DNA of 64,000 nt, from NCBI RefSeq assembly GCF_963921235.1, contig NC_086097.1, forward strand, positions 131,566,001-131,630,000. Direction: 5' to 3'. Within the stretch, counting starts at the first letter, position 1. Every line of letters starts with the position of its first letter. Both the position numbers and the translations under genes were made by a program. The DNA is from Mobula hypostoma. Its lineage: Eukaryota. Below the pieces are notes generated by a model. That model did no database searches and was not told where the DNA came from. It saw only the letters and a program-made list of their open reading frames with translations. Shown in pieces: positions 46,761 through 58,684 of the stretch.

Positions 46761-46879
46761 AGAAATAGAAGTAGAATTTATTTGGGATTGCAGGAAATTG
46801 TGCTGAAAGCTCAGAGACATTTGGAATTACTGTGTTAAGGCACAGAGGGAAAGTCATGAATAGCATAACTTTTCAGCTT

Positions 46880-47300
46880 AAGTTTCTGATAGTCCATTTA
46901 TAGTTTGGAAGAACGTGGGGTGACCTGATTGGAATATAAATCCAAGTGAGAATGTAGGGTAGTGTTGAGATGTTTCACCAGCGGAAGAATCTCAAAAGAA
47001 AGGAGAGAGTTTCAAGGCATGGGATCAGTTATTTAAAGACAGAGCAACATACAAATTTTGTTTTGCAGAGAGTATTGAATATCTGTTATTCTCTGATCAA
47101 GAGAGTTGCTGAGATTAGATCATTTGACATTTACAATGGACTAGATACATTCTTGAATGATCGGCAAATTGGGAGCTATGATGAACTGGCACAAAAGAGG
47201 AGTTGAAGGTTACGGTTAGAATCCTGGGGTAGAGGTGGAATGATGGGGCAGATTTAAGGAGTCAAATGCTCTTTCCTACTCCCACTGTGTTCTTGTGTGA
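46880..47300 (+). mobile_element. Old CR1 3' fragment
   Basis: FVLQRVLNICYSL..VAE..LDTFL; CR1-type 3' UTR. Confidence 0.55.
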
Positions 47301-48654
47301 AAGAGATTAAAATTTACCTGAATCTAATTGTAATAATTATCAATTTGAGTAAATTAGCCTAGTAAATTAGCCTAGTTATTTCATGGCATACAATAGCATG
47401 AGAAATGTGCTTAGTTAAATTCAAACGTACTATGTTTTTACTACTTTATTGTCTCTATTTATCGTTTTAATTAAACAGAGACTTTGGACTACTCTGCAAA
47501 TCAAAGAAATTTGAGATTTTAAATGGATTACAGTCACCCAAACTGGGTTAAAATTAACCCCATTGGCTTCAGCAACAATGTTGAAGGTGAATTTCTGTTT
47601 AAAAAGATTTGGTGGTACTCTATGACACACACTCATCGAAACAAAACCTTTGAGATCATTTGAATTTCAAAAAAATACATTGCGTTTTCTCAACATACTC
47701 AGAAAATAATCATTTCCTTAGAAGTTAAATTATAATCTACTAATTTCCCAGCTTTCTGCAGCACTGATTAGTATTTCAGGTTCCCATGACCCTACACACT
47801 ACAGTGATGCATTATTCATTCCATAATGTATGAAATTCCTGCAAATAAGACCTTTGTCCTCCGGTATGAGCTAATTATTTGCCAGCTTGGAGCCCTGATG
47901 TGTCATGTTACAGTGTAGAAAACACATATCCCTGGGGAACACCCCTCCCTCTCCTTCTCATTGTATCCCCCCTCCCCAAGGAAGCGGGCAATTACTCACA
48001 GTAGGGCTCTAGGCCTTTCTGATATTCCTCCTTGGAAATTTATATATATTTGGTTCAACTTGCAGAAAAAAATCGAGCCACAGGATGTTGACAGAAGTCA
48101 GTGGAGATCTTTTCAAAGGTGCCTTCATGCATAAATATTTAATCATCTCTTCTGTCTCCTAGTGTGAGGACAATACATTTTCTATTCAAAATCAAAGTTT
48201 ATTGTTGTGTGATAAGTGATTTTGTTCCCCCCACCTTCCCTCACCAGTAATCAGCCCTATTCTTTCTGTATTTCTTAAAACGTGTAACTGTGCTGCCTGG
48301 GATATTACCATTTTACCTCTGGTAAGGATGTTGCTCACTAAAATTGGTTCCAAGCATCTTTATTGTGCAATAACAACCCTAGTCTAAGCACAGGGGTAGA
48401 GGGTTAAGGTGGTGTTTCTCCTGTTAGTAAGTACCCTGCCTCTGATCTGAAGTATTAAACATTGCTTCCTCCCAGCCTGTCCTCTCCTTGTATCACTCAG
48501 TTCTCCCTTGCTCTTGTTATTCATGGCTCACTCATAGACCCAACACCCTGCCTTTCCACTGACATATAGACAAAGCATTGTCTACCTTCTATCAGGTATT
48601 GGCCTTTCATTATTGTCAAATTTTATTATTAGTGAACAAAGAAAATGAAGATGG

Positions 48655-51600
48655 AAGAGGCTGCAGATGCTAGAATCTGGCACACCAAAATCTGCTGGTG
48701 GAACGCAGCAGGTCGAACAGCATCTGAGGAGGGAAAGGAATTACTGAGGTTTCAGGTAGAAACCCTGTATCAGGATGAATCATTTAGTGGCTCTCAAAGA
48801 GACACACTCACCAAAACAAATCCATTGAGATAACCCTCAAAGTAAAAGTGAAAGTTGAGTGAATTGTTATATGCATGAGTACATGTGGGAACAGATACAA
48901 TGAAAAGCCTGAAACAGCATCACAGACACATCGGATCAGATAAGCAGCATTCGCATAAGAAAAACATCGACTAAACATAAAGTATTCTGGCATTTTCCCC
49001 CTTCCTTTCCAATCCTGAAGAAAGGTCTTGGTCCAAAAATTTGGCTGCTTATTTACTTCCATAGATGCTACCTGACCTGCTGAGTTCCTCTAACAGTTTG
49101 TGTGCATTGCTCTGGATTTCGAACGTTTGAAGAATGTATTGTGATTATAAATTATACACGTCTTTTTAAAAGCAAGAACACAATCGGAGGAACAAAAATG
49201 TGTATTGGAGTGCAAGGCGGTCAAAGTAGTGATAGCTTTGCTGTAATGTAGAGATGATTAGGACATTGTATACAGGACATTGCAGCACAGTACAGGCCCT
49301 TTGACCCATGATGCTGTGCCGACCTTTAAGTGGACTCTAAGATCAATCAGTTGTGCGGGTTGGTTCAAGAACTGAATGGTTGAAGGGAAGTAACTGTTCT
49401 TGAACTTGGTGATGTGGGTGTTCAGGCTTCTGTACCACCTGCCCAATAGAAGATTTCATGGTCTGGATGGTGGGGACCTTTGATGATAGATGCTGGCTTC
49501 TTAAGGCATCATTATATTGTGTTTTCTCTTCATTGTCATTAAAAAATATCCTTCTTGCATCAGGATGAACCTAAAAATGAAGATTGTGCAGAGGCAGAAA
49601 GTTATTCTCTGCTGTAAATGCTAAATGTGTGATGCAGGAGTATTGCTTATTGGACACTGTTTATTTCGGAAACAGAGCTAATTGCACCCAGAGCGTTGCA
49701 TCATGCACTTGGAGCATGCAATAGAGGAAGGAGAGTTGCCTCACAAGGTTTATGGTTAATGCTCCCATGGCTTTTCTTCAGTGTTTGTCTGCACCAATGT
49801 CCCATCAACCTTTGTGCCACTTGCAGGCATAGTTGGCACTGCCTGGCAACTCATATTGGAAATAAAATTGGCTTTGGGTCATTGAATCCAATGAATGATA
49901 TCAGATCAGCAGATATTACACTGTGATGGGCACTACATTCTGGCAAGAACTGAAATGGGAAGAGCAAGAGTTATAAAGCATGCCAGTGATTTTAATGGAA
50001 GACATCCCACTTGCCAGGATGTGCAGCTTTACATCATCCAGGACAAAGTGGTTTATTCCATTTGTATCCCTTCCACCATCCTAAACATTCACAGCCCACC
50101 ATTGCTGCTCTGTGCCTGCAGTGCACCTGCTTTGCAAAATGTGCAGAAGTCACACACCTAACTCTTTATACGGCATCTGAAACCCACAACTTCTGTCACT
50201 GAGAATGGCAAGGCCAGCTGGTGCATGGGAACATCAGCACTTGCATACTTCCCTCCAAACCAGACCTGGTTGGAAATACAACAAAGTACAAAGTAAATCT
50301 ATTACCAAAGTACATAAATGTCACCACATACAGCCCTGAGATTCATTTTTATGGGCATTTGCAGTAAATACAAGGAACACAATAGAATCAGTTTCAATAC
50401 AGAGATTGCACCCAACAGGACAGACAAATAATCAATGTGCAAAAGACAATAAACTGTGCAGGTACAAAAAAAAACACAATAAATATCAAGAACATGAGAT
50501 GAAGAGTCCTTGAAAGTGAGTCCATATGTTGTGGGAACAGTGCAGTGTTGGGGTGAAGTTGAGTGAAGTTATCTGTTTCAAGAATGTGATTGTTGAGGGT
50601 CCTGAGGCTCCTGTACCTTCTTCTCGGTGGCAGCATGGTGGGGGTCCTTGATGATGGAAGCTGCTTTCCTGTAGCAGCATTCTGTACATATGTGCTCAAT
50701 GGTGAGAGGGCTTTACCTGTGATGGACTGAATCATATCCATAACTTTTTCTAAGCTCTTCCGCTCAAGGGCATTGGTGTTTTGATCCTTTTTTGCTGTAG
50801 GATATAAACTCTGGACCTTTTTCCCCAACAGCACTTAAGAAAGCACTTTAACCAGAAGGCAAGAAAATGGCTCACCATCTTCTTTTCAAGAACAATTAAC
50901 GTTGAGCTTGAAACTCTAGATCTAGCCAAACAAATAAAGTTTAATTAATACACTGAGGAAATAACGCACTTTCCATTGCTGTCTGCTGTCAACTCTGAAC
51001 CCAAGAGTTAGCACTACAAACAAAGATGGGAGAATTCCAAGAATATCTCACAGAAAACATTCTCTCAAGTAACAGAGAGGGGATATCATAATCAAATTTC
51101 AAAGTAAATTCTATTATCGGATTACATATATGTTGCCATATACAGCCAGTGAGATTCACCTTCTTGAGGGTATACTCAGCAAATCTATAGAATACTAACT
51201 AAACCAGGATCAATGAAAAATCAACTAGAGTACAGAAGACAACAACTACGTAAATGCAAATTAAAATAAATAGTAATAAATAACGAGAACATGAGATAAA
51301 GAGACCTTGAAAGTGAGATCATTGGTTGTAGGAACATTTCAGTGATGGGGCAAGTGAATTTGAGTGAAGTTATCCCCTTTTCTTCAATAGCATGATGACC
51401 GAGGGTTAGTAAATGTTCTTAAACCTGGTGGTATGTGTCCTGAGGCTCTTGCACCTTCTACCTGATGGCAGCAGCGAGGAGAGAGCATGACCTAGGTGGT
51501 GGGGATCTCCACAAAAGAACAAAAGATAGAAGGGATTTTTTTTTGTGATAATCAGGCTTTTGATCAGATTATCAACTCCAGTCACACCATGTGCAAATGT

Positions 51601-52392
51601 GACCTATAGACTTTTAACCTTAGTGTATGATGTTTGTACTGAACTGAATCAATAGATGCATCGAGCTTCAATTGGTATGGCCAATGGACTAAGTAAACAC
51701 ATGACAGATGCATTACCAATTCTCGATGTCATATTCCCTCTCTGCCCGAGATGCTTACAAGTCATAAGTGTTTATCCTGAAGAATCAAAGGGGTGATCCT
51801 TAAATGTGGGTTCTCTTTCTCTTAGGCAGGTCTGTTGTAACCCAGGGAGAAGCATCCTTGTTTTTTTATTGGTCACTGAGTCAGCTTTCAATTTAAACAA
51901 AGGAGATAGGTACTCCCCATAAGACTGTAAGACCATAAGACATAGACCAGAATTAGTCCATTCGGCCCATTGAGTCTGCTCTGCCATTCTATCATGGCTG
52001 ATTTATTATCCCTCTTAACCCCGTTCTCCACTAACATTTAAGAAATATCCATTTAGCAGGGCTCGAATTACCAAGCGAGTGCGTCAAAGATCACTTAATC
52101 ATTTTGATATGGATTTGATCTGCCTATCTGTAAGAGCAGACAAGGCTGGTAGGTAGCACTTCCAAACATACAATTAAAACAAAAAAAAGGTCCATTTTAG
52201 TGCAAAGTGATCATAGTGATGTTAAACTGTAGTGATTAAGGTTGTGTTCATTCTTGTAATATTTATGTTTAATTTAACCTTTTCTTGTGAATGCTGCTTA
52301 TCTGTTGCTATGTGCCTGTGATGCTGCTGCGAGTAAATTTTACATTGCACCATATGAAATGTGCATACAACAATGAACTCAAATTTGACTTG
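48655..52392. mobile_element. Mixed decayed repeats: PLE repeats (48655-48780 minus, 48985-49140 plus), Rex1-type minus tails (48835-49505, 50280-50780, 51090-51510) and a CR1 tail (51920-52030)
   Basis: Same diagnostic segments as the better-preserved copies elsewhere in the window. Confidence 0.6.
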
Positions 52393-52698
52393 AAGCTCAC
52401 CTTCAGTGCATTAGATATATTCTTAAACTTATTGTTTAACACTTGAATCAAGCACATTCTGACTTCCAGAGAGAACCAAAACTAATATCATTGCATTTTC
52501 CAGGAGCACTCTGCACAACATTTAAGTTATATTTCATTACTTTTCTGAGAACCTTATCACTGCTATGGGCATTATTTCTGTTTGCAAAAAACCTTGCTAC
52601 ATAAAAACATAGAAACATAGAAAATAGGTGCAGGGGTAGGCCATTCGGCCCTTCGAGCCTGCACCGCCATTTATTATGATCATGGCTGATCATCCAAC

Positions 52699-55600
52699 TC
52701 AGAACCCTGCCCCAGCCTTCCCTCCATACCCCCTGATCCCCGTAGCCACAAGGGCCATATCTAACTCCCTCTTAAACATAGCCAATGAACTGGCCTCAAC
52801 TGTTTCCTGTGGCAGAGAATTCCACAGATTCACCACTCTCTGTGTAAAGAAGTTTTTCCTAATCTCGGTCCTAAAAGGCTTCCCCTTTATCCTCAAACTG
52901 TGACCCCTCGTTCTGGACTTCCCCAACATCGGGAACAATCTTCCTGCATCTAGCCTGTCCAATCCCTTTAGGATTTTATACGTTTCAATCAGATCCCCCC
53001 TCAATCTTCTAAATTCCAACGAGTACAAGCCCAGTTCATCCAGTCTTTCTTCATATGAAAGTCCTGCCATCCCAGGAATCAATCTGGTGAACCTTCTTTC
53101 TACTCCCTCTATGGCAAGGATGTCTTTCCTCAGATTAGGGGACCAAAACTGCACACAATACTCCAGGTGTGGTCTCACCAAGCCCTTGTACAACTGCAGT
53201 AGTACCTCCCTGCTCCTGTACTCGAATCCTCTCGCTATAAATGCCAGCATACCATTTGCCTTTTTCACCACCTGCTGTACCTGCATGCCCACTTTCAATG
53301 ACTGGTGTATAATGACACCCAAGTCTCGTTGCACCTCCCCTTTTCCTAATCGGCCACCATTCAGATAATAATCTGTTTTCCTATTTTTGCCGCCAAAGTG
53401 GATAACTTCACATTTATCCACATTAAATTGCATCTGCCATGAGTTTGCCCACTCACCCAACCTATCCAAGTCACTCTGCATCCTCTTAGCATCCTCCTCA
53501 CAGCTAACACTGCCACCCAGCTTCGTGTCATCCGCAAACTTGGAGATGCTGCATTTAATTCCCTCATCCAAGTCATTAATATATATTGTAAACAACTGGG
53601 GTCCCAGCACTGAGCCTTGCGGTACCCCACTAGTCACTGCCTGCCATTCTGAAAAGGTCCCGTTTATTCCCACTCTTTGCTTCCTGTCTGCTAACCAATT
53701 CTCTATCCACATCAATACCTTACCCCCAATACCTTGTGCTTCAAGTTTGCACACTAATCTCCTGTGTGGGACCTTGTCAAAAGCCTTTTGAAAATCCAAA
53801 TATACCACATCCACTGGTTCTCCCCTATCCACTCTACTAGTTACATCCTCAAAAAATTCTATGAGATTCGTCAGACATGATTTTCCTTTCACAAATCCAT
53901 GCTGACTTTGTCCGATGATTTCACCGCTTTCCAAATGTGCTGTTATAACATCTTTGATAACTGACTCCAGCAGTTTCCCCACCACCAACGTTAGGCTAAC
54001 CGGTCTATAATTCCCCGGTTTCTCTCTCCCTCCTTTTTTAAGAAGTGGGGTTACATTAGCCACCCTCCAATCCTCAGGAACTAGTCCAGAATCTAACGAG
54101 TTTTGAAAAATTATCACTAATGCATCCACTATTTCTTGGGCTACTTCCTTAAGCACTCTGGGATGCAGACCATCTGGCCCTGGGGATTTAGCTGCCTTTA
54201 ATCCCTTCAATTTACCTAACACCACTTCCCTACTAACATGTATTTCGCTCAGTTCCTCCATCTCACTGGACCCTCTGTCCCCTACTATTTCTGGAAGATT
54301 ATTTATGTCCTCATTAGTGAAGACAGAACCAAAGTAATTATTCAATTGGTCTGCCATGTCCTTGCTCCCCATAATCAATTCACCCGTTTCTGTCTGTATG
54401 GGATCTATATTTGTCTTTACCAGTCTTTTCCTTTTTACATATCTATAAAAGCTTTTACAGTCAGTTTTTATGTTCCCTGCCAGTTTTCTCTCATAATCTT
54501 TTTTCCCCTTCCTAATTAAGCCCTTTGTCCTCCTCTGCTGAACTCTGAATTTCTCCCAGTCCTCAGGTGAGCCACTTTTTCTGGCTAATTTGTATGCTTC
54601 TTCTTTGGAATTGATACTATCCCTAATTTCTCTTGTCAGCCACGGATGCACTACCTTCCTTGATTTATTCTTTTGCCAAACTGGGATGAACAATTGTTGT
54701 AGTTCATCCATGCAATCTTTAAATGCTTGCCATTGCATATCCACCGTCAATCCTTTAAGTGTCATTTGCCAGTCTATCTTAGCTAATTCACACCTCATAC
54801 CTTCAAAGTTACCCCTCTTTAAGTTCAGAACCTTTGTTTCTGAATTAACTATGTCATTCTCCATCTTAATGAAGAATTCCACCATATTATGGTCACTCTT
54901 ACCCAAGGGGCCTCTCACGACAAGATTGCTAATTAACCCTTCCTCATTGCTCAAAACCCAGTCCAGAATAGCCTGCTCTCTAGTTGGTTCCTCGACATGT
55001 TGGTTCAAAAAACCATCCCGCATACATTCCAAGAAATCCTCTTCCTCAGCACCTTTACCAATTTGGTTCACCCAATCTACATGTAGATTGAAGTCACCCA
55101 TTATAACTGCTGTTCCTTTATTGCACACATTTCTAATTTCCTGTTTAATACCATCTCCAACCTCACTACTACTGTTAGGTGGCCTGTACACAACTCCCAC
55201 CAGCGTTTTCTGCCCCTTAGTGTTACGCAGCTCTACCCATATCGATTCCACATCTTCCCGGCTTATGTCCTTCCTTTCTATTGCGTTAATCTCCTCTTTA
55301 ACCAGCAACGCCACCCCACCTGCTTTTCTTTCATGTCTATCCCTCCTGAATATTGAATATCCCTGAACGTTGAGTTCCCATCCTTGGTCACCCTGGAGCC
55401 ATGTCTCTGTGATCCCAACTATATCATAATCATTAATAATAACCTACACTTTCAATTCATCCACCTTGTTACGAATGCTCCTTGCATTGACACACAAAGC
55501 CTTCAGGCGCTCTTTTACAACTCTCTTAGCCCTTATACAATTATGTTGAAAAGTGATCCTGTTTAATGCTTGCCCTGGATTTGTCGGCCTGCCACTTTTA

Positions 55601-55746
55601 CTTTTCTCCTTACTACTTTTTGCTTCTACCCTCTCTTTACACCCCTCTGTCTCTCTGCACTCATTCCCATCCCCCTGTTGTGACCTAACCTTCTCTCGCC
55701 TAGCCTCTTTAATTTGATTCCCACCCCCAAACCATTCTAGTTTAAA
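52699..55746 (-). pseudogene. CR1 ORF2 with one premature stop (TAG at 55444-55446; CAG in copy 1)
   Basis: Manual translation from the heptamer reads FKLEWFGGGNQ..NKVDELKV*VIINDYD, then the same frame continues into the 871-aa ORF 52699-55314. Confidence 0.9.
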
Positions 55747-56289
55747 GTCACCTCAGTAGCCCTCGCTAATCTCCCTGCCAGGATATTGGTCCCCCTAGGA
55801 TTCAAGTGTAACCCGTCCTTTTTGTACAGGTCACGCCTGCGCCAAAAGAGGTCCCAATGATCCAAAAACTTGAATCCCTGCCCCCTGCTCCAATCCCTCA
55901 GCCACGCATTTATCCTCCACCTCATCGCATTCCTACTCTCACTGTCGCGTGGCACCGGCAGTAATCCCGAGATTACTACCTTTGCGGTCCTTTTTCTCAA
56001 CTCCCTTCCTAGCCCCCTATATTCTCCTTTCAGGACCTCATCCCTTTTCCTACCTATGTCATTGGTACCTATATGTACCACGGCCTCTGGCTCCTCACCC
56101 TCCCACTTCAGGATATCTTGAACACGATCAGAAATATCCCGGACCCTGACACCAGGGAGGCAAACTACCATCCGGGATTCTGGACTGCGTCCACAGAATC
56201 GCCTGTCTGACCCCCTTACTATCGAGTCCCCTATCACAACTGCCTTCCTCTTCCTTGCCCTACCCTTCTGAGCTACAGGGCCAGACTCT
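55737..56289 (-). CDS. CR1 ORF1p SGNH esterase domain (5'-partial)
   Basis: IGDSIV, HIGTND and DGLH; ends ..EVTLN*. Confidence 0.9.
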
Positions 56290-56898
56290 TAAATAATTCC
56301 TTCCTTAAATAATTTTGTTCCCTTTGATAATGGAGCAACAGTTAGCACAGTTTTCTCACACCTCCAGGAATCCATTTTTGATCCTGAGCTCAGGTAAGTA
56401 TTAGTAAATTAAGTGAAGAATTATTTTCCCTTGTAACATAGAATAAAGAATAAAGAATACAGAATAAAAGTTCTGCAGTTACAGAGTAAGTGTAGTGCAG
56501 GTAGACAGATAAGATGCAAGGGCAAGACGAGGTGGAATGTGACGTCAAGAGTCCATCTTACCATATCAGAGGACCTGAACAATGTCTGGGCAGAATTTGC
56601 ACGTTCTCTCTGAAATGGAGTTGGCTTCTTTTGGTATGTTAATTGGTCATTGTACATTGACTATTGATATGAATTAATAGTAAAAAGCAGTGTATGTGAG
56701 AGAGAATGAAGTTGCCTTGGTGGTGGGAGATCATGTTATGAGACACTCCCAACCACACCCGCTTCCGAGATTTAAATGCTCTAATTCTCTGGAGTACATA
56801 TAGTTGGCCTCTTTAAGGACTTGGGATGTTTCTGTTCATTAATAATCATGTTTTGGGCAGCAAAAATTGTGTATTTAAGGAACACCTGAATATTGGTT

Positions 56899-57213
56899 GT
56901 GTGGGCACGTGGCCAAGTGGTTAAGGCTTTAGACTAGCAACCTGAACGTTGTGAGTTCAAGCCCCAGCTGAGGCAACGTGTTGTGTCCTTGAGCAAGGCA
57001 CTTAATCACCCATTGCTCTGCGATGACACTGATGCCAAGCTGTATGGGTCCTAATGCCCTTCCCTTGGACAACATTGGTGTCATGGAGAGGGGAGACTTG
57101 CAGCATGGACAACTGCTGGTCTTCCATACAACCTTGCCCAGGCCTGCGCCCTGGAGAGTGAAGACTTTCCAGGCGCAGATCCATGGTCTCACAAGACTAA
57201 TGGACACCTTTAA
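56899..57213 (+). mobile_element. Full-length tRNA-derived CORE-type SINE (315 bp) with an 11-bp TSD
   Basis: A-box TGGCCAAGTGG (56910-56920); B-box GTTCAAGCC (56955-56963); TGTGTCCTTGAGCAAGGCACTTAA; GAATATTGGTT at 56888-56898 and 57214-57224. Confidence 0.88.
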
Positions 57214-58456
57214 GAATATTGGTTCAGTGCTCAATCTTAAGCCTACAGTGATTTTGTCCAGCATGTGTTTTGTGTTCAGTTTCTTGATCCAGTTTGATAC
57301 TGTCTCTCGATCCTTGCTTCGGATACTCTAGCATTTGGGTCCAAGCCATCTTCAGCAAGGGCTCTCGTCACAGTACGATTGAGCCCACATGAACCTAGCG
57401 GGGTATCAGAATCTATCGCCCGCTGTGACCAGCCACAGCAAAGGTATTTCCAGACAGAGCCTAGAGATTCATGACCTCCAGGTAGGCATTGGCCAACTTT
57501 TGTAAGGACGAAGCCAGAGTCGTTTGAGAGAACCAGTTGTTTCCACTCTGGAGATGTACTCAGTACATCTTCCAACCCCCGAGAGATTTGATGGTGACCC
57601 TGGCTCTTGCTGTGGTTTCCTCATCCAGTGCTCATTAGTTTTTGAACTGCAGCCATCCCAGTTCCCTTCAGAGTGTGGAAAAGTGGCCTTTATTATCTCT
57701 CTCCTGACTGGAAGGGTCCTGGTCTGGTCTACTGTGCATTGGGATTGTCGGTCAGAGCTCTGGGTAGATTTGGAGGAGTTCATGGCCACCATGAGGAAGG
57801 TGTATCATCACCCCACCAAGGCCAGCTGAGCCTCAGACGACCTGATGAAGATTCAACAGAAAAACCGATCAGTGGCTGACTACAAAATCGAATTTCGGAT
57901 CTTAGCAGGTTTCTTCGTCGTACACAAAAAAATGGGAGCCTGAGGCAGTGGTTTGATTACAGTGGATTAACCTGCATCACAACCAGGAAACACTACCCCC
58001 TTCTTCTTATGAAATGGCTTTTGATTTGCTCCAAGGGGCAAGTGTATTCACAAAATTAGACCTCTGGAGTGTCTACCATCTGGTCCATATCATGGAGGGT
58101 GATGAGTGGAAGACGGCATTCAATACACCAATAGGATTACGAGTACCAGGTAATGCTCTTCGGCATCGTGAATGCTCCAGCTGTTTTCCAAGCCTTTATA
58201 AACAAGGTGCTCCAGGGTATTCTCCATGCGTATGCCTTCATCTACTCGGATGATATCTAATCTTCTCGAAGTACACATCACTCATATCAGGGACATTTTA
58301 AAGAGACTACTCATAGAGTTTACGTCAAGTTGGAGAAGTCTGAGTTTCACACGACAACTGTTTACTTTTGGGTTTCATCATCTCTAATGGTAATCTCGAG
58401 ATGGAGCCTACCAAGACCCAGGCAATTAGAGACTGCCCACCACCATCCAATATCAA

Positions 58457-58684
58457 CACTCACAACACGCTGGGGGAACTCAGCAGGTCGGGCAGCATCC
58501 GTAGAGATGATCAGTCAACGTTTTGGGCCGGAAACCTTCGTCAGGAGTGAAGAGGGAAGGGGCAGAGGCCCTATAAAGAAGGTGGGGATAGGGTGGGAAG
58601 GAGAAGGCTGGTAGGTTCCAGGCTCATCTTTCCCCTTACTAGTTTTTCACCTGGATCTTTCCCTTTACTGGTTTTTCACCTGGA
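58457..58684 (-). mobile_element. PLE-repeat insertion in the Gypsy pol gene with an 8-bp TSD
   Basis: AATATCAA at 58449-58456 and 58685-58692; mutated hammerhead core CTGACGA..AAAACGTT. Confidence 0.8.

Larger units (their letters stand above)
52600..56289 (-). mobile_element. CR1 LINE copy 3, 5'-truncated in ORF1
   Basis: Close paralogue of copy 1, with the tail at 52600-52625; homology ends at 56289. Confidence 0.97.

Noticed and set aside
56388..56400. Strong splice donor CAG|GTAAGT
   Set aside because: It lies at a junction between SINE and LINE-tail fragments, with no upstream acceptor or ORF to support an exon.
56899..56975. tRNA gene
   Set aside because: A and B boxes are present, but it is the head of a TSD-flanked SINE and I cannot fold a full cloverleaf.
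57524..57829. Domesticated gag gene (PEG10/RTL/LDOC1-like)
   Set aside because: It sits inside an LTR element with TSDs and has stops and frameshifts.
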